In this document: positions 29,754 to 39,700 of the stretch, in pieces
Position numbering within the stretch: position 1 is the stretch's first letter
How the letters are laid out: the number at the start of each line of letters is the position of its first letter
DNA from: Candidatus Nomurabacteria bacterium
Lineage (GTDB): Bacteria; Patescibacteriota; Minisyncoccia; Phycocordibacterales; UBA918
Assembly: GCA_020632035.1 (NCBI GenBank)
Contig: JACKGG010000001.1
Span: 221,483 to 285,482 of the forward strand
Direction: 5' to 3'
DNA length: 64,000 bases
Notes under the pieces: generated by a model
What the model saw: the letters and a program-made list of their open reading frames with translations, nothing else
Told to the model about the DNA's origin: nothing
The model's database searches: none
Made by a program: the position numbers and the translations under genes

Positions 29754-30293
29754 TTATTTAGTATACTTCATTACATCTTCTACCACCTCTTCCAGTGACC
29801 TCTCTGTATTAATTACTTTTGCACCAGCCTCTATCATTAATCCATCTAGAATCTTCTTCCACTTTAAGATCCTTGGGTGTACGCTCGGATCTTTTCCGAA
29901 TGAGTTTGTGTTTCTGGTCTTAAGACGTTCAATCTGAGTCTCTGCTGAACATTGAAGAAGAAGCACGGTATCAAACAAAGGTAAGAAATTACTATTATCA
30001 CCCACGTTACCAAACACAAAAATATCTTCCTCACTTTGATCCAACATCTCTTTAAGTTTTTGAATATCACATCTGTAATCATGCTCATCCATAAACTTGT
30101 CATTGATACTATCGGTGTTTCTACTAGTCGCTTTTTCTCCTGTACTTAAATCAAACCAAGAGCAAAGACCGGGCACTGTATCAACATCAATGACACGAAT
30201 ACATCTACTACTCAGCTCTTTGGCTACTGTAGATTTACCTACCCCAGACACACCAGCTACAAAAATTTTCTTTGATTTATTGACCATAATCAA
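29754..30293 (-). CDS. Small P-loop NTPase/kinase (AAA_33-like)
   Basis: Walker A 'VAGVSGVGKST' in a 179-aa protein. Confidence 0.5.
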   Translation of the reverse strand: MIMVNKSKKIFVAGVSGVGKSTVAKELSSRCIRVIDVDTVPGLCSWFDLSTGEKATSRNTDSINDKFMDEHDYRCDIQKLKEMLDQSEEDIFVFGNVGDNSNFLPLFDTVLLLQCSAETQIERLKTRNTNSFGKDPSVHPRILKWKKILDGLMIEAGAKVINTERSLEEVVEDVMKYTK

Positions 30294-30787
30294 AGCTTAT
30301 TTGTCTCAATATACTCCTCTAAGAAAGCAATGTCACTCTCCTGGTGTTCTCCCCTTAATTCATTTTTGTACTCAATCAAAACTCTCGGATGCATTAAGAC
30401 TACTTCTAAGTCTTGTATCTTTTTAACCACATCAGGGTATTTATTGTAAATGAGCTTATTATCAAGCCACTCAGTCGCCCCTTTATTAGTCATCTTTAGT
30501 GTGTCCACATCAGTCAAATCAATATCTTGCTCTTCGTAGTTTAAAGATAAGGTCGTACAATCCCACTTTTCATTTTTGTAATGTTTTGGACCAGCTACAA
30601 TATATTCTTTAACCAAAGGTACTAAAACATCAAAATCTTTCCCCGACATGGAAATATCTATGTCGTTTATTTTCCTGCCCGAACCATAAATATACGCTGC
30701 TGTTCCGCCTCCGACCCGATACGAAATATTATTATTGGAAAGAATTTCTACAATCCACTCAAGTGCTTTGTAAGTTTTACTATCCAT
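30290..30787 (-). CDS. Pol-beta-superfamily nucleotidyltransferase-fold protein
   Basis: 'VGGGTAAYIYGSGRKINDIDIS' matches the G-S/G...D-x-D nucleotidyltransferase motif. Confidence 0.45.
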   Translation of the reverse strand: MDSKTYKALEWIVEILSNNNISYRVGGGTAAYIYGSGRKINDIDISMSGKDFDVLVPLVKEYIVAGPKHYKNEKWDCTTLSLNYEEQDIDLTDVDTLKMTNKGATEWLDNKLIYNKYPDVVKKIQDLEVVLMHPRVLIEYKNELRGEHQESDIAFLEEYIETNKL

Positions 30788-30791
30788 ACAA

Positions 30792-31358
30792 TTACTTCAA
30801 TATGACATTAAGCAACTCAATAAACTCAACACCAATATCATCAGCTGTAAAATGTTCGTTGTCAGGAAACTCAATAAGCTCAACACTGTCTATCTCATCA
30901 ATAACTCTTTTTACGCTCTTTTGTACAGAATCACAATCTTTTAGCCCATTTAAAATGGTTATTTGATTCATTCTTTCTTTCAGTTTTGGATCAATTTCAA
31001 AATCAAAGAAATTCTCATGAACAAACTCATTCCGATTAAAAGACGGGGCGACTAAAACTAATTTATCGATTTTTACATTTTTATTCTCTGACAACCATCT
31101 AACTAAAAAGCCTGCACCATTACTATGTCCAACCAACACAGATTCTTCGTTCACATCAAAACGTTCAAATTCTGTCCTCCAAGTATTCCACTCTGGTGCA
31201 AAAGCCATAGGTATTTCAGGAGTATCTGCCTTAATGTCGCGGATCATTAGTTGTTTTTGTAGCCAAGGAATCCAGTGAAAATTACTAGCTGATGGATATT
31301 GGTCAGAATAGTACTCCTCCTTTTCTGGTCTTCCGTGAACAATAATGGCATTTTTCAT
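30792..31358 (-). CDS. Alpha/beta hydrolase, RBBP9/YdeN-like serine hydrolase
   Basis: 188 aa with 'IIVHG' near the N-terminus and the nucleophile elbow 'VGHSNGAGF'. Confidence 0.55.
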   Translation of the reverse strand: MKNAIIVHGRPEKEEYYSDQYPSASNFHWIPWLQKQLMIRDIKADTPEIPMAFAPEWNTWRTEFERFDVNEESVLVGHSNGAGFLVRWLSENKNVKIDKLVLVAPSFNRNEFVHENFFDFEIDPKLKERMNQITILNGLKDCDSVQKSVKRVIDEIDSVELIEFPDNEHFTADDIGVEFIELLNVILK

Positions 31359-31359
31359 A

Positions 31360-32787
31360 CTAACTTTCTAATCGCACGAACAGGTTTTCTGGCTTTTTGT
31401 TTTTTAAAACTGCTTCTTTAATGATTCTGTTTGCTTCTGGCATTACTGGATAGAGCAAACACCCAATTCGATACAACGCTAAGGTTAGTTCCTTAATGTT
31501 TTCAACAGCTTTTTCTTTATCAACCTTTATTAGTTTAAATGGTTCAGTCTCAGCAATTCTTTCATCAAGCTCTTGAATCCTACTCCATATATAATCACAA
31601 GCGCTCAAAAAATCACATGACTCAAGAGAGTTGGTATATCTTTCGTCAAAGACTATTGGCTCAGGTTCAGTAATCGGATCACCAAGGTGCGTCTCGGCCA
31701 TTTTCATAATTCTGGCAGTAAGATTTCCTAAACCGTTCACCAGATTTGCTGTATACCATTCATCCATTTTTTCCCATGTTAAGTCTGAATCATCCACAGG
31801 ATGAACATGACGGAGCATGATGTATCGTGTTGCGTCAGTGCCGTACTTCTTTACCAGCTCATACGGGTCAATCGTATTTCCAAGCGACTTACTCATCTTT
31901 TGTCCCCCGCTATTAATAAAACCGTGGTAGAAAATTTTATCAGTGGCTTTTATGTCGGCGCTCTTAAGCATCGCTTGCCAGATAACAGTCTGGAAGCGAA
32001 CTTGGTCTTTCCCAGCTAATTGCAATGTCTGTCCGTCTTGCCAAAATTTTGTAAACTTTCCTTCAGAATCTTCAGGCCATCCTAAGGTTGAGATGTAGTT
32101 GGTAAGAGCATCAAACCAAACATACATTACATGACCATCATCTTCAGGTACTGGTACTCCCCAATCCATTCTTGAGACCTCACGAGAAATACTCAAATCC
32201 TCCAAACCGCCTTGAACAAATTTCAACGCCTCTTCTCGTCGCCAGTCAGGCAATACTGATTCTTCTTTAGATAAATACTCTACTAAGTAGTCTTGATAGT
32301 TTGAGAGTTTGAAGAAGTAATTTTCTTCTTCGATTTCTTCGGGTGCAACACCATGGTCAGGACATTTACCGTCAACCAAATCTGATTCTACTTTAAAAGC
32401 TTCGCAACCAACGCAGTATAGGCCTTTATATTTCTTTTTATAGATGTCGCCTTTTGCGTCACAAAGTCGCCACATCTCTTCCGCTGCTTTTTTGTGGTCT
32501 TTGTTGGTGGTGCGAATGAAATTGTCGTAAGAAAGATTTAGAGCTTCTTTCAGATTGTTGAATTCGGAAGCAAATTTGTCAGCATAGGCTTGTCTATCTA
32601 TACCTGCTTCGTCTGCTTTCTTTGCTACCTTTTGGCCATGCTCATCTACACCAGTATTGAAAAATACTTCTTCTCCCATTAATCGCCAGTAGCGAGCTAG
32701 CGTGTCTGCTTGCACGAATTCAAGCGCATGCCCCATGTGAGGCTTGTCGTTTACATACGGCAAAGTTGTAGTGATGTATTTACTCAT
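31360..32787 (-). CDS. metG: Methionyl-tRNA synthetase (minimal core form)
   Basis: HIGH-type motif 'PHMGHALEF' and 'KMSKSLGN'. Confidence 0.95.
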   Translation of the reverse strand: MSKYITTTLPYVNDKPHMGHALEFVQADTLARYWRLMGEEVFFNTGVDEHGQKVAKKADEAGIDRQAYADKFASEFNNLKEALNLSYDNFIRTTNKDHKKAAEEMWRLCDAKGDIYKKKYKGLYCVGCEAFKVESDLVDGKCPDHGVAPEEIEEENYFFKLSNYQDYLVEYLSKEESVLPDWRREEALKFVQGGLEDLSISREVSRMDWGVPVPEDDGHVMYVWFDALTNYISTLGWPEDSEGKFTKFWQDGQTLQLAGKDQVRFQTVIWQAMLKSADIKATDKIFYHGFINSGGQKMSKSLGNTIDPYELVKKYGTDATRYIMLRHVHPVDDSDLTWEKMDEWYTANLVNGLGNLTARIMKMAETHLGDPITEPEPIVFDERYTNSLESCDFLSACDYIWSRIQELDERIAETEPFKLIKVDKEKAVENIKELTLALYRIGCLLYPVMPEANRIIKEAVLKNKKPENLFVRLES

Positions 32788-32801
32788 TACAATATATAAC
32801 C

Positions 32802-34193
32802 TTATTTAAGACGTTGAATCAAATCTGCGATAGCTACTCTTTCCTGCTCACCGGTATCTCTGTCACGCACAGTCACCGTGTCAGCTAATTCTGGCTTTTC
32901 TTGGCCGAGGGTTTCAAAGTCAATCACAATGCAACTAGGAGTTCCTATTTCATCTTGTCGACGATATCGCTTTCCGACATTTCCGTTGTCATCCCAAGCT
33001 ACGTTGCCAAATTCTGCTTTAAGAAGCTTAAATACCTCCCGAGCTTTTTCTACTAGTTCTGGCTTGTTCTTAAGTAATGGTGACACTGCAACTCGGTTTG
33101 GAGCAAGATCAGGATGTAACTTCAAAACCGTACGTGTGTTTCCGTCCATTTCTTCTTCATGATAAGCGTCAGCCAGCACAGCAAGGAACATCCTCCCAAG
33201 ACCAACCGATGTCTCAAGTATCCAAGGGATGTATTTCTCTCCGGTTTCGGGATCTGTGTAATTTAGATCTACTCCTGAGAACTTCATGTGTTGAGTTAGG
33301 TCGTAGTCTGTCCTGTCGTGTATTCCTTCTAACTCGTCAAAACCTCCTGGGAAATTGTATTCAATATCCCAAGCATCAGCAGCATAGAACACTAGGTTTT
33401 TGTGTTGAGTGAAGCGCAGATTTTCCGGCTTAATACCAATTGATACGTACCAATCAAAACGATCTTGCTTAATCTTTTCAAATGCTTCTTTGTTTTCATT
33501 CGGCTTCACGAAAAACTGTGTGTCCGCCTGTTCCATTTCTCTAGTACGAAACAAGAAATTTCTCGGAGAGATTTCGTTTCTAAACGCCTTGCCAATTTGA
33601 GCCATTCCAAAAGGTAATTTTGGTGACATTGAATTTAAAATATTCTTATAGTTCAGGTATATACCCTGACAAGCTTCTCCGGGAAGATACACTGGTTCGC
33701 CGCCCTCAGAGGTAAAATCACCAAGATTGGATTTCACCAACAAATTAAACGCACGAGCTGGAGTAAAATCTTTTTGACCACATTTTGGACATGAAATTTT
33801 CTCTCTATTCTCTTCAAAGAGTTTATTGATTTCCTCTTCGGACATCTTTTCGTCTGCAGTAACGCCAATCGCTTCAAGTTCTTTATCTACTCGAATCCTT
33901 GTATTACATTCTCGACAATCAGCTAAGGGATCTGAGAAGCCTGATGTATGACCACTAGCCTCCCATACCTTTGGATGCTTGAACATTCCAGAGTCGATTC
34001 CGTAGTAATTTTCCTTATCATAAACGTTAGCTTTCCACCACAGTTGTTTAAGATTATTCAAAAGCTCTACCCCGTTTGGACCATAATCAAATACCCCAGC
34101 TAATCCTCCATAAATCTCACTACCTTGAAATACAAAACCACGTCGCTTACAAAGCGAAACTACCTTCTCCATCGTGTCTGACTTTTTATCCAT
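32802..34193 (-). CDS. glyQS: Glycyl-tRNA synthetase (alpha2 type)
   Basis: 'RGFVFQGSEIYGGLAGVFDYGPNGVELLNN' plus class II motifs. Confidence 0.95.
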   Translation of the reverse strand: MDKKSDTMEKVVSLCKRRGFVFQGSEIYGGLAGVFDYGPNGVELLNNLKQLWWKANVYDKENYYGIDSGMFKHPKVWEASGHTSGFSDPLADCRECNTRIRVDKELEAIGVTADEKMSEEEINKLFEENREKISCPKCGQKDFTPARAFNLLVKSNLGDFTSEGGEPVYLPGEACQGIYLNYKNILNSMSPKLPFGMAQIGKAFRNEISPRNFLFRTREMEQADTQFFVKPNENKEAFEKIKQDRFDWYVSIGIKPENLRFTQHKNLVFYAADAWDIEYNFPGGFDELEGIHDRTDYDLTQHMKFSGVDLNYTDPETGEKYIPWILETSVGLGRMFLAVLADAYHEEEMDGNTRTVLKLHPDLAPNRVAVSPLLKNKPELVEKAREVFKLLKAEFGNVAWDDNGNVGKRYRRQDEIGTPSCIVIDFETLGQEKPELADTVTVRDRDTGEQERVAIADLIQRLK

Positions 34194-34199
34194 ATATTT

Positions 34200-36119
34200 C
34201 TATTTTACCACTTTGCCATTTCCTTCCTCGTATCCCATCTCTTTTGATAGTTCTGTTGTAACAGCTGGAGAGCTATCTTGCAAGAGTTCGCTAGTAAAGC
34301 GGTCATTTGCTCTTATGGTTTGGGAGTTTATCAGGACAGGACTATTACCAATCTGAGAGGTGCTTGGTTTAATACTGACATCAAAAGTAAGCTCCTTCCT
34401 TTTCCCTGACTCAATATCACCGACATTCCACTGGAGTTTTTTAGATACGGTATTGAAAGACACATTTCCTTCTGCTTGATAAGAATTCAACCAATCAATA
34501 TTTAGTGGCAAACTTGTTTCAACTACTCCATTGGCAGTATCATTAGCGCCAGCTTCGGCCGCTATGGTGATGGTATATACGCTGGTCTCTCCTACTTTTG
34601 GTGGAACTGGGCCAGACTTGCTAGCCGCCTGACTACCCAGTTTTACTGTCGCAGAATACTTGGCCTCGGCTCTAGCGGTACCGATAAGTGTCTCGACGGC
34701 GCTTGTCTCTGCCACTCGCCGGGCGTAGACATTTACCACCAAATCATAGGAAGCTGTTGTGCGATTGGGCCCAGGTTTTACAGTAAAACTTAGTGGCCTA
34801 GAGTCACCTGGTGAGACTTTATCAAAAGAACTGTTGTTGGAAACTTCCCAGCGAACCGTCCCCCTATTTGAATCGTAAAAACCATTCCCACCAATAATAG
34901 AGTCCTCGGTTAAAGCATTGCCACCAGGTATCACCTCTACCGCCATGTCATATACAGTTTCATCGAGAGTGTTAGTTATGTCTACTTTGACCGAAGAGCT
35001 TTTGCCCTCAGGCAGCACCGCCACTTGCCCGGTCTTACCGTCGATTGAAATACCGACATTTATAAACGGACGTTCAATGGTAAAGTCAGCTCGACCTTGG
35101 GCTAAGTTTGCTCCGACCAAATACTGATTATTAGGATCTGCTGGTCCGATAGCAAAGTTTATTCTGAAGGTTTCCTCGGTCAGACCAGTGGTGACCCCTT
35201 GAAGTTTTATCGACACTTCCTCCTCTGGGAGAATTTTATCTATATGCCAGACGTTCTGCCCGTAAACCGGGGCCGGGTCTGATTTCTCAAAGATGAATCC
35301 AGTTGGATAGGAGGCCGAAATGACCAGGTCTGTCAATGGAGTTGGAGCGTTTGAGACAGCGGTTATAGTGATGTCAACAACTTGTCCTGAAGCGACTTTT
35401 TCTATGTTGTCTATTCTTAAAACCAACGGAGAAGAGCTGATCTTAAAAGCGAGTGGCTCAGCATCTTTATAGAACATTCCGTTTGAGCCATTGACCCGAT
35501 ATTCAATAGTAGTTTGAATTTGTTTATCCGTACTTTCTTCACCAAAAACAGCAATTTGGATAGGGATAGTTTGAACTTCTCCAGCGGCAATATCACTAAT
35601 TGGGATCCTTTCTTCATACAAATTTTTCGGAGTTTCCCCCACTGATCTTGTTCCTTCGGGATATTTCAGAATAAGTGTGGCGGACTGAATCGGCACACTG
35701 TTTTTGTTGTCTACCGTAACTTGCAGAGACATGATTTCTCCACCACCGACAAACTGCGGACCAGATAAAGAAACTTGTATGTTGTCATTGGAGATTTGGT
35801 TACCACCAAAATACAAAAATAGGGTTGAGACTATCGCTACAATGGCGAATATGAACACACTAACACCTAAAATAATGCTCCGATAATGACGTTTTGGTTT
35901 GACTGGCTCTTCAAGAGTTTCGTTTTCTGTTACTACTACATTTTTCAAAGGATCAGGTTCATTTGACCTCATGTTTGGACTGCTACTAGACCAATCTCGA
36001 GACACATCAACCTTTTTATCAGATAATTCGTGTCGCTTCACATGATCAAGAGCCGTCCCCCGGTCGTAGAGCCGTCTGCGCATCTCGTCTATTTGTTCCT
36101 GTGTTTGCAGGGGTTTCAT
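34200..36119 (-). CDS. Large single-pass membrane protein with extracytoplasmic beta-rich repeat domains
   Basis: An approximately 80-aa cytoplasmic N-terminus, one TM helix ('SIILGVSVFIFAIVAIVSTLFLYF'), and about 540 aa of Ig-like repetitive sequence. No catalytic motif was seen. Confidence 0.5.
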   Translation of the reverse strand: MKPLQTQEQIDEMRRRLYDRGTALDHVKRHELSDKKVDVSRDWSSSSPNMRSNEPDPLKNVVVTENETLEEPVKPKRHYRSIILGVSVFIFAIVAIVSTLFLYFGGNQISNDNIQVSLSGPQFVGGGEIMSLQVTVDNKNSVPIQSATLILKYPEGTRSVGETPKNLYEERIPISDIAAGEVQTIPIQIAVFGEESTDKQIQTTIEYRVNGSNGMFYKDAEPLAFKISSSPLVLRIDNIEKVASGQVVDITITAVSNAPTPLTDLVISASYPTGFIFEKSDPAPVYGQNVWHIDKILPEEEVSIKLQGVTTGLTEETFRINFAIGPADPNNQYLVGANLAQGRADFTIERPFINVGISIDGKTGQVAVLPEGKSSSVKVDITNTLDETVYDMAVEVIPGGNALTEDSIIGGNGFYDSNRGTVRWEVSNNSSFDKVSPGDSRPLSFTVKPGPNRTTASYDLVVNVYARRVAETSAVETLIGTARAEAKYSATVKLGSQAASKSGPVPPKVGETSVYTITIAAEAGANDTANGVVETSLPLNIDWLNSYQAEGNVSFNTVSKKLQWNVGDIESGKRKELTFDVSIKPSTSQIGNSPVLINSQTIRANDRFTSELLQDSSPAVTTELSKEMGYEEGNGKVVK

Positions 36120-36139
36120 ATTATTAGTATACCACTTGC

Positions 36140-36718
36140 TTATAAATGACTGATATCAATGGCGTGGGCATACAGTTGATTGATTTTTTGTTGTGTCTCG
36201 GGAGTCATATGTTTAGCAATATTGGCTGGCTCTTCTTCTCGGACCCCTTCTGGAATCTTTTTAGTATCAACGTAGCCAAGCTCTGACAATATTCGAAGCT
36301 GAATTACTTCTTCAACAAAAGTACGTTCCTCTAGGTCCTTTTGTAAAACCTCAAGACTTTCCTTAACTAAATCAAACAATTCGCAAGCTGTTTCTTCTCC
36401 CTTAAGAAAACGACGTAAAAGCCTAAAAAGTGACACTACACTTCCCCGGGCAGATTTATCTATGGCTTCACTATAATAGTTCTTTAGGGCTTCGATACTG
36501 CCGACTTTCCACCCTCGCTTTCCTTTTACCAACGAGACTCTTACCAGAGAAAAGTCTTGTAGGGCGTAGCGTTGGCGGGAACGTTCTTCTCTAGCGCTCC
36601 GTGCATCTGCATACAACATCCCCGCCTCTCTGGTAAACAAAAGGTAAGAGCCGTCGGCGGTGTTTCGATTGAAAGTACCGCACACTAAAGCTTCTGTGGT
36701 GTAGGTAACGTAGGCCAT
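36140..36718 (-). CDS. recO: DNA repair protein RecO (short form)
   Basis: N-terminal OB fold 'EALVCGTFNRNTADGSYLLFTREAGMLYADARSAREERSRQRYALQDFSLVRVSLVKGKRGW' matches the RecO pattern. Confidence 0.65.
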   Translation of the reverse strand: MAYVTYTTEALVCGTFNRNTADGSYLLFTREAGMLYADARSAREERSRQRYALQDFSLVRVSLVKGKRGWKVGSIEALKNYYSEAIDKSARGSVVSLFRLLRRFLKGEETACELFDLVKESLEVLQKDLEERTFVEEVIQLRILSELGYVDTKKIPEGVREEEPANIAKHMTPETQQKINQLYAHAIDISHL

Positions 36719-39700
36719 TTAGGTTAGCTCCATTTTGAAACTAAAGTTAATGTCTCCTGCTTGAAGGGATTCTTGATCAGCCTCACCAAACTCAATTGAT
36801 TTGGCTCCAACTGTTTTAGTAATTAGGTCCTGGTGATCGGTAACAACCTTTTGTCCGGAGTTGTCGGTCTTAATCGTGAGCAAAATCGAGTCCCGAGGCG
36901 AAAGGCCTTCGGCCTTTCGCCTCCCCTGCACCGCCCGCATTAGTTCACGCACCACCCCTTCAGAGATAAGTTCGGGAGTAAGATTTGTGTCTATTGTTAC
37001 AGAATCTGCCACTTTGTAAGATTTTGCATTTAATTCATCAAGGATAACATCAGTAAGTTCACCAGAAAGCGCCGGGCCAGAAACGGATGATATTGGTTGT
37101 CGCACTTTTATGCCAATCTTTGTTCGGGCCTCTAGCGCTTGGGTCACAATATCTCTAGTCCTTTGCATCTCTGCCAATATATCCGTGTTAACTTCATCCG
37201 CATCTGGCCACTTTGCTAAATGTACGCTTTCAGAATCAGACTCCTTCTTTACTTTTTGCCAAAGATATTCAGCATAAAAAGGCATCGATGGAGCCATCAC
37301 TAATGCAAGAATACTTAGTGTATGACGAAGTGTAGCCAGCGCCTTAACTCTATCCTCCGCATCTTCTCCTTTAAACCTGTCGCGACTTCGACGTAAGTAC
37401 CATACAGATAAATCGTCAACAAACTCGGTAATTGGTCGAGTGGCCTTATCTAGTTCATAATTCTTATATCCATATGTCGTTTCTGAAACCAGTTGGTTAA
37501 GACGATTCAAAATCCATTTATCTAGAACATTATCTGAATCACTAGATGCCGAGGTATCATCAGCAAACATTTCGTACATCGTCAGAACATTATGTAGACG
37601 ACCAATGTTTTTTCTTTGCAGTTCCAGAACTTCTTTTTCAATAAAGTTGAAATCTTCCCCCTTTATACCAGGTGAAGACAACAAATAAAAGCGCATGGCA
37701 TCAGCACCAATTGTATGAGCTACATCCATTGGGTCTGGATAATTTTGTAATGACTTACTCATTTTACGTCCATCCTCTGCCAAAACCGTCCCATTTACGA
37801 CCACGTTTTCAAACGGTGACTTACCAAAAAGAGCGGTCCCTAGAACAATGAGCGAATAGAACCATCCTCGAGTTTGATCCAAGCCTTCAGCAATAAAGTT
37901 TGCTGGGAAATGCTTGTCCTCAAAATCTTCAGCACACTCAAACGGATAATGGTGTTGTCCGTATGGCATCGAACCACTTTCAAACCAACAGTCAAAGACG
38001 TCCGGTACTCTTTCCAGCCTTACCTCACCTTCGTATAAATCAATCTTGTCGATATACGGTCGATGAAAATCTAGTTCGTAGTTATCGTTGTGAGGGATTG
38101 GAATGAATTTAAGCTTTCGAACTTCTGCATTATCTAACCAAAATTCATTCTTTTCTCTAATCTCTACCGCTCTATCAATATTTGCCCCCTCAGAGACACA
38201 CGCTGTAGCAAAAGTTGAGCTAACGTGACCGATAATCAAAATATTTCTATCTTTGTAGTTATTCTCTAATGAATAAAGTAAATCACCGACTCTTTTCTGT
38301 ACGTCAACTCTGTTCTCATCAACCCCTTCAACCACCCTAGTAAATTGATCCTTGAAATCTTTATATAATTCTTGGTGTGTATTCCATTTTCTACCTTGAA
38401 ATTCTGCCCCAGCTTGAATTTCTCTTATTCTTTCATCGACAACAACTTGTTCTGAAGAAAGACCCAATTTTTCTCTTACAATCTCAGCGGTTTTTTTAGT
38501 TCTGTGGAATGGAGATACTATAATCAAATCTATATTTTCTTTTTTAAGTTCCGCCGCAGTTTCTTCTACCTGCCTAACACCAAGGTCAGTAAGATTATCT
38601 TCATAGTTTACATCTGTCCTAATTACTCTCTCAATATTACTTTCTGCTTCACCATGTCTCATCAAGAAATACTTATTACCGCTCTTTGGTACATACTCCT
38701 GAATCTCAGCTAAACTACCAAATACTTTGTATTCGCCTGTAGTTGGATTCTTCCAAATTGGCAACGGTGCTCCCCAGTATCTTTGTCTACTCACGGCCCA
38801 ATCACGAGCGCCATCTAGCCATTTACCAAAGCGGTTTTTACCAACGTGCTCGGGAACCCATTTTACTTTGTCGTTGGCTTCTACCAACTGGTCTTTGATT
38901 TTTGTCACCTCCACAAACCACGACGTAGTAGCGTAGTTCAAAAGTGGTGTATCACAACGCCAACAATGCGGATAGCTGTGAGTGATATTTTCCTTCTTAA
39001 GAATAACCCCTTTAGCTTGCAAAGCCTTCAGGATTTCAATATCAGCATCTTTATGGTCCACTCCAGATGCCTCGTCGTCCTTTGGCTTTACTAGTTGTCC
39101 GGCGAAGTCAGTCACAAAGTCCGTAAAGTGCCCAGCTTCGTCTACATGGTGCACTATCGGCACATTGTTGGCCTGAGCGAGCTTCATGTCATCATCTCCG
39201 TAGGCCGGCGCAATATGGACGGCACCAGTTCCTTCTTCACCCACTTCTACATAGTCTGCGTGATAAAGAGTCCAGGCTTTATCTTTGTTTTCGAGGTCTT
39301 GATTTTGCAGATAATTAAATGGTGGTTGATATTTTTTACCAAGTAATTCTGAGCCCTTGAATTCTTCGATTATTTCTATTTCAAAACCATTTAATTGAGG
39401 TAACCTGCCTTTAGCGAGAACTACAAAAGTTTTTGAATCGCCCTCATTCACTTTTACTTTCACATAATCCAAGTCCTGATGTATGGCAGCTGCCATATTG
39501 CCCGGCAAAGTCCATGGTGTAGTTGTCCAAACAAGTAGACTGGTGTCAGTCATCTCACCTGCTTCATCGAGCAGTGGGAGCTTCACCGTAACAGCAATAT
39601 CCTTAATATCTTTATATCCTTGATTCACTTCAAAGTTCGACAAGGTTGTCCCACAACGAGGACACAAATGCATGCTTTTGAAGCCCTCATACACAAGACC

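Noticed and set aside
37900-38900. Possibility that the extra IleRS sequence is an intein
   Set aside because: There is no Cys/Ser/Thr at an N-extein junction, no terminal His-Asn, and no homing-endonuclease motifs. The insert instead has RHG..N / R / E / H histidine-phosphatase motifs.
38504-39346. Five short plus-strand ORFs (64-83 aa) antisense to ileS
   Set aside because: They lie entirely within the well-supported ileS reading frame on the opposite strand, are low-complexity (Phe/Leu/Ser-rich), and have no start context. They are antisense artefacts.
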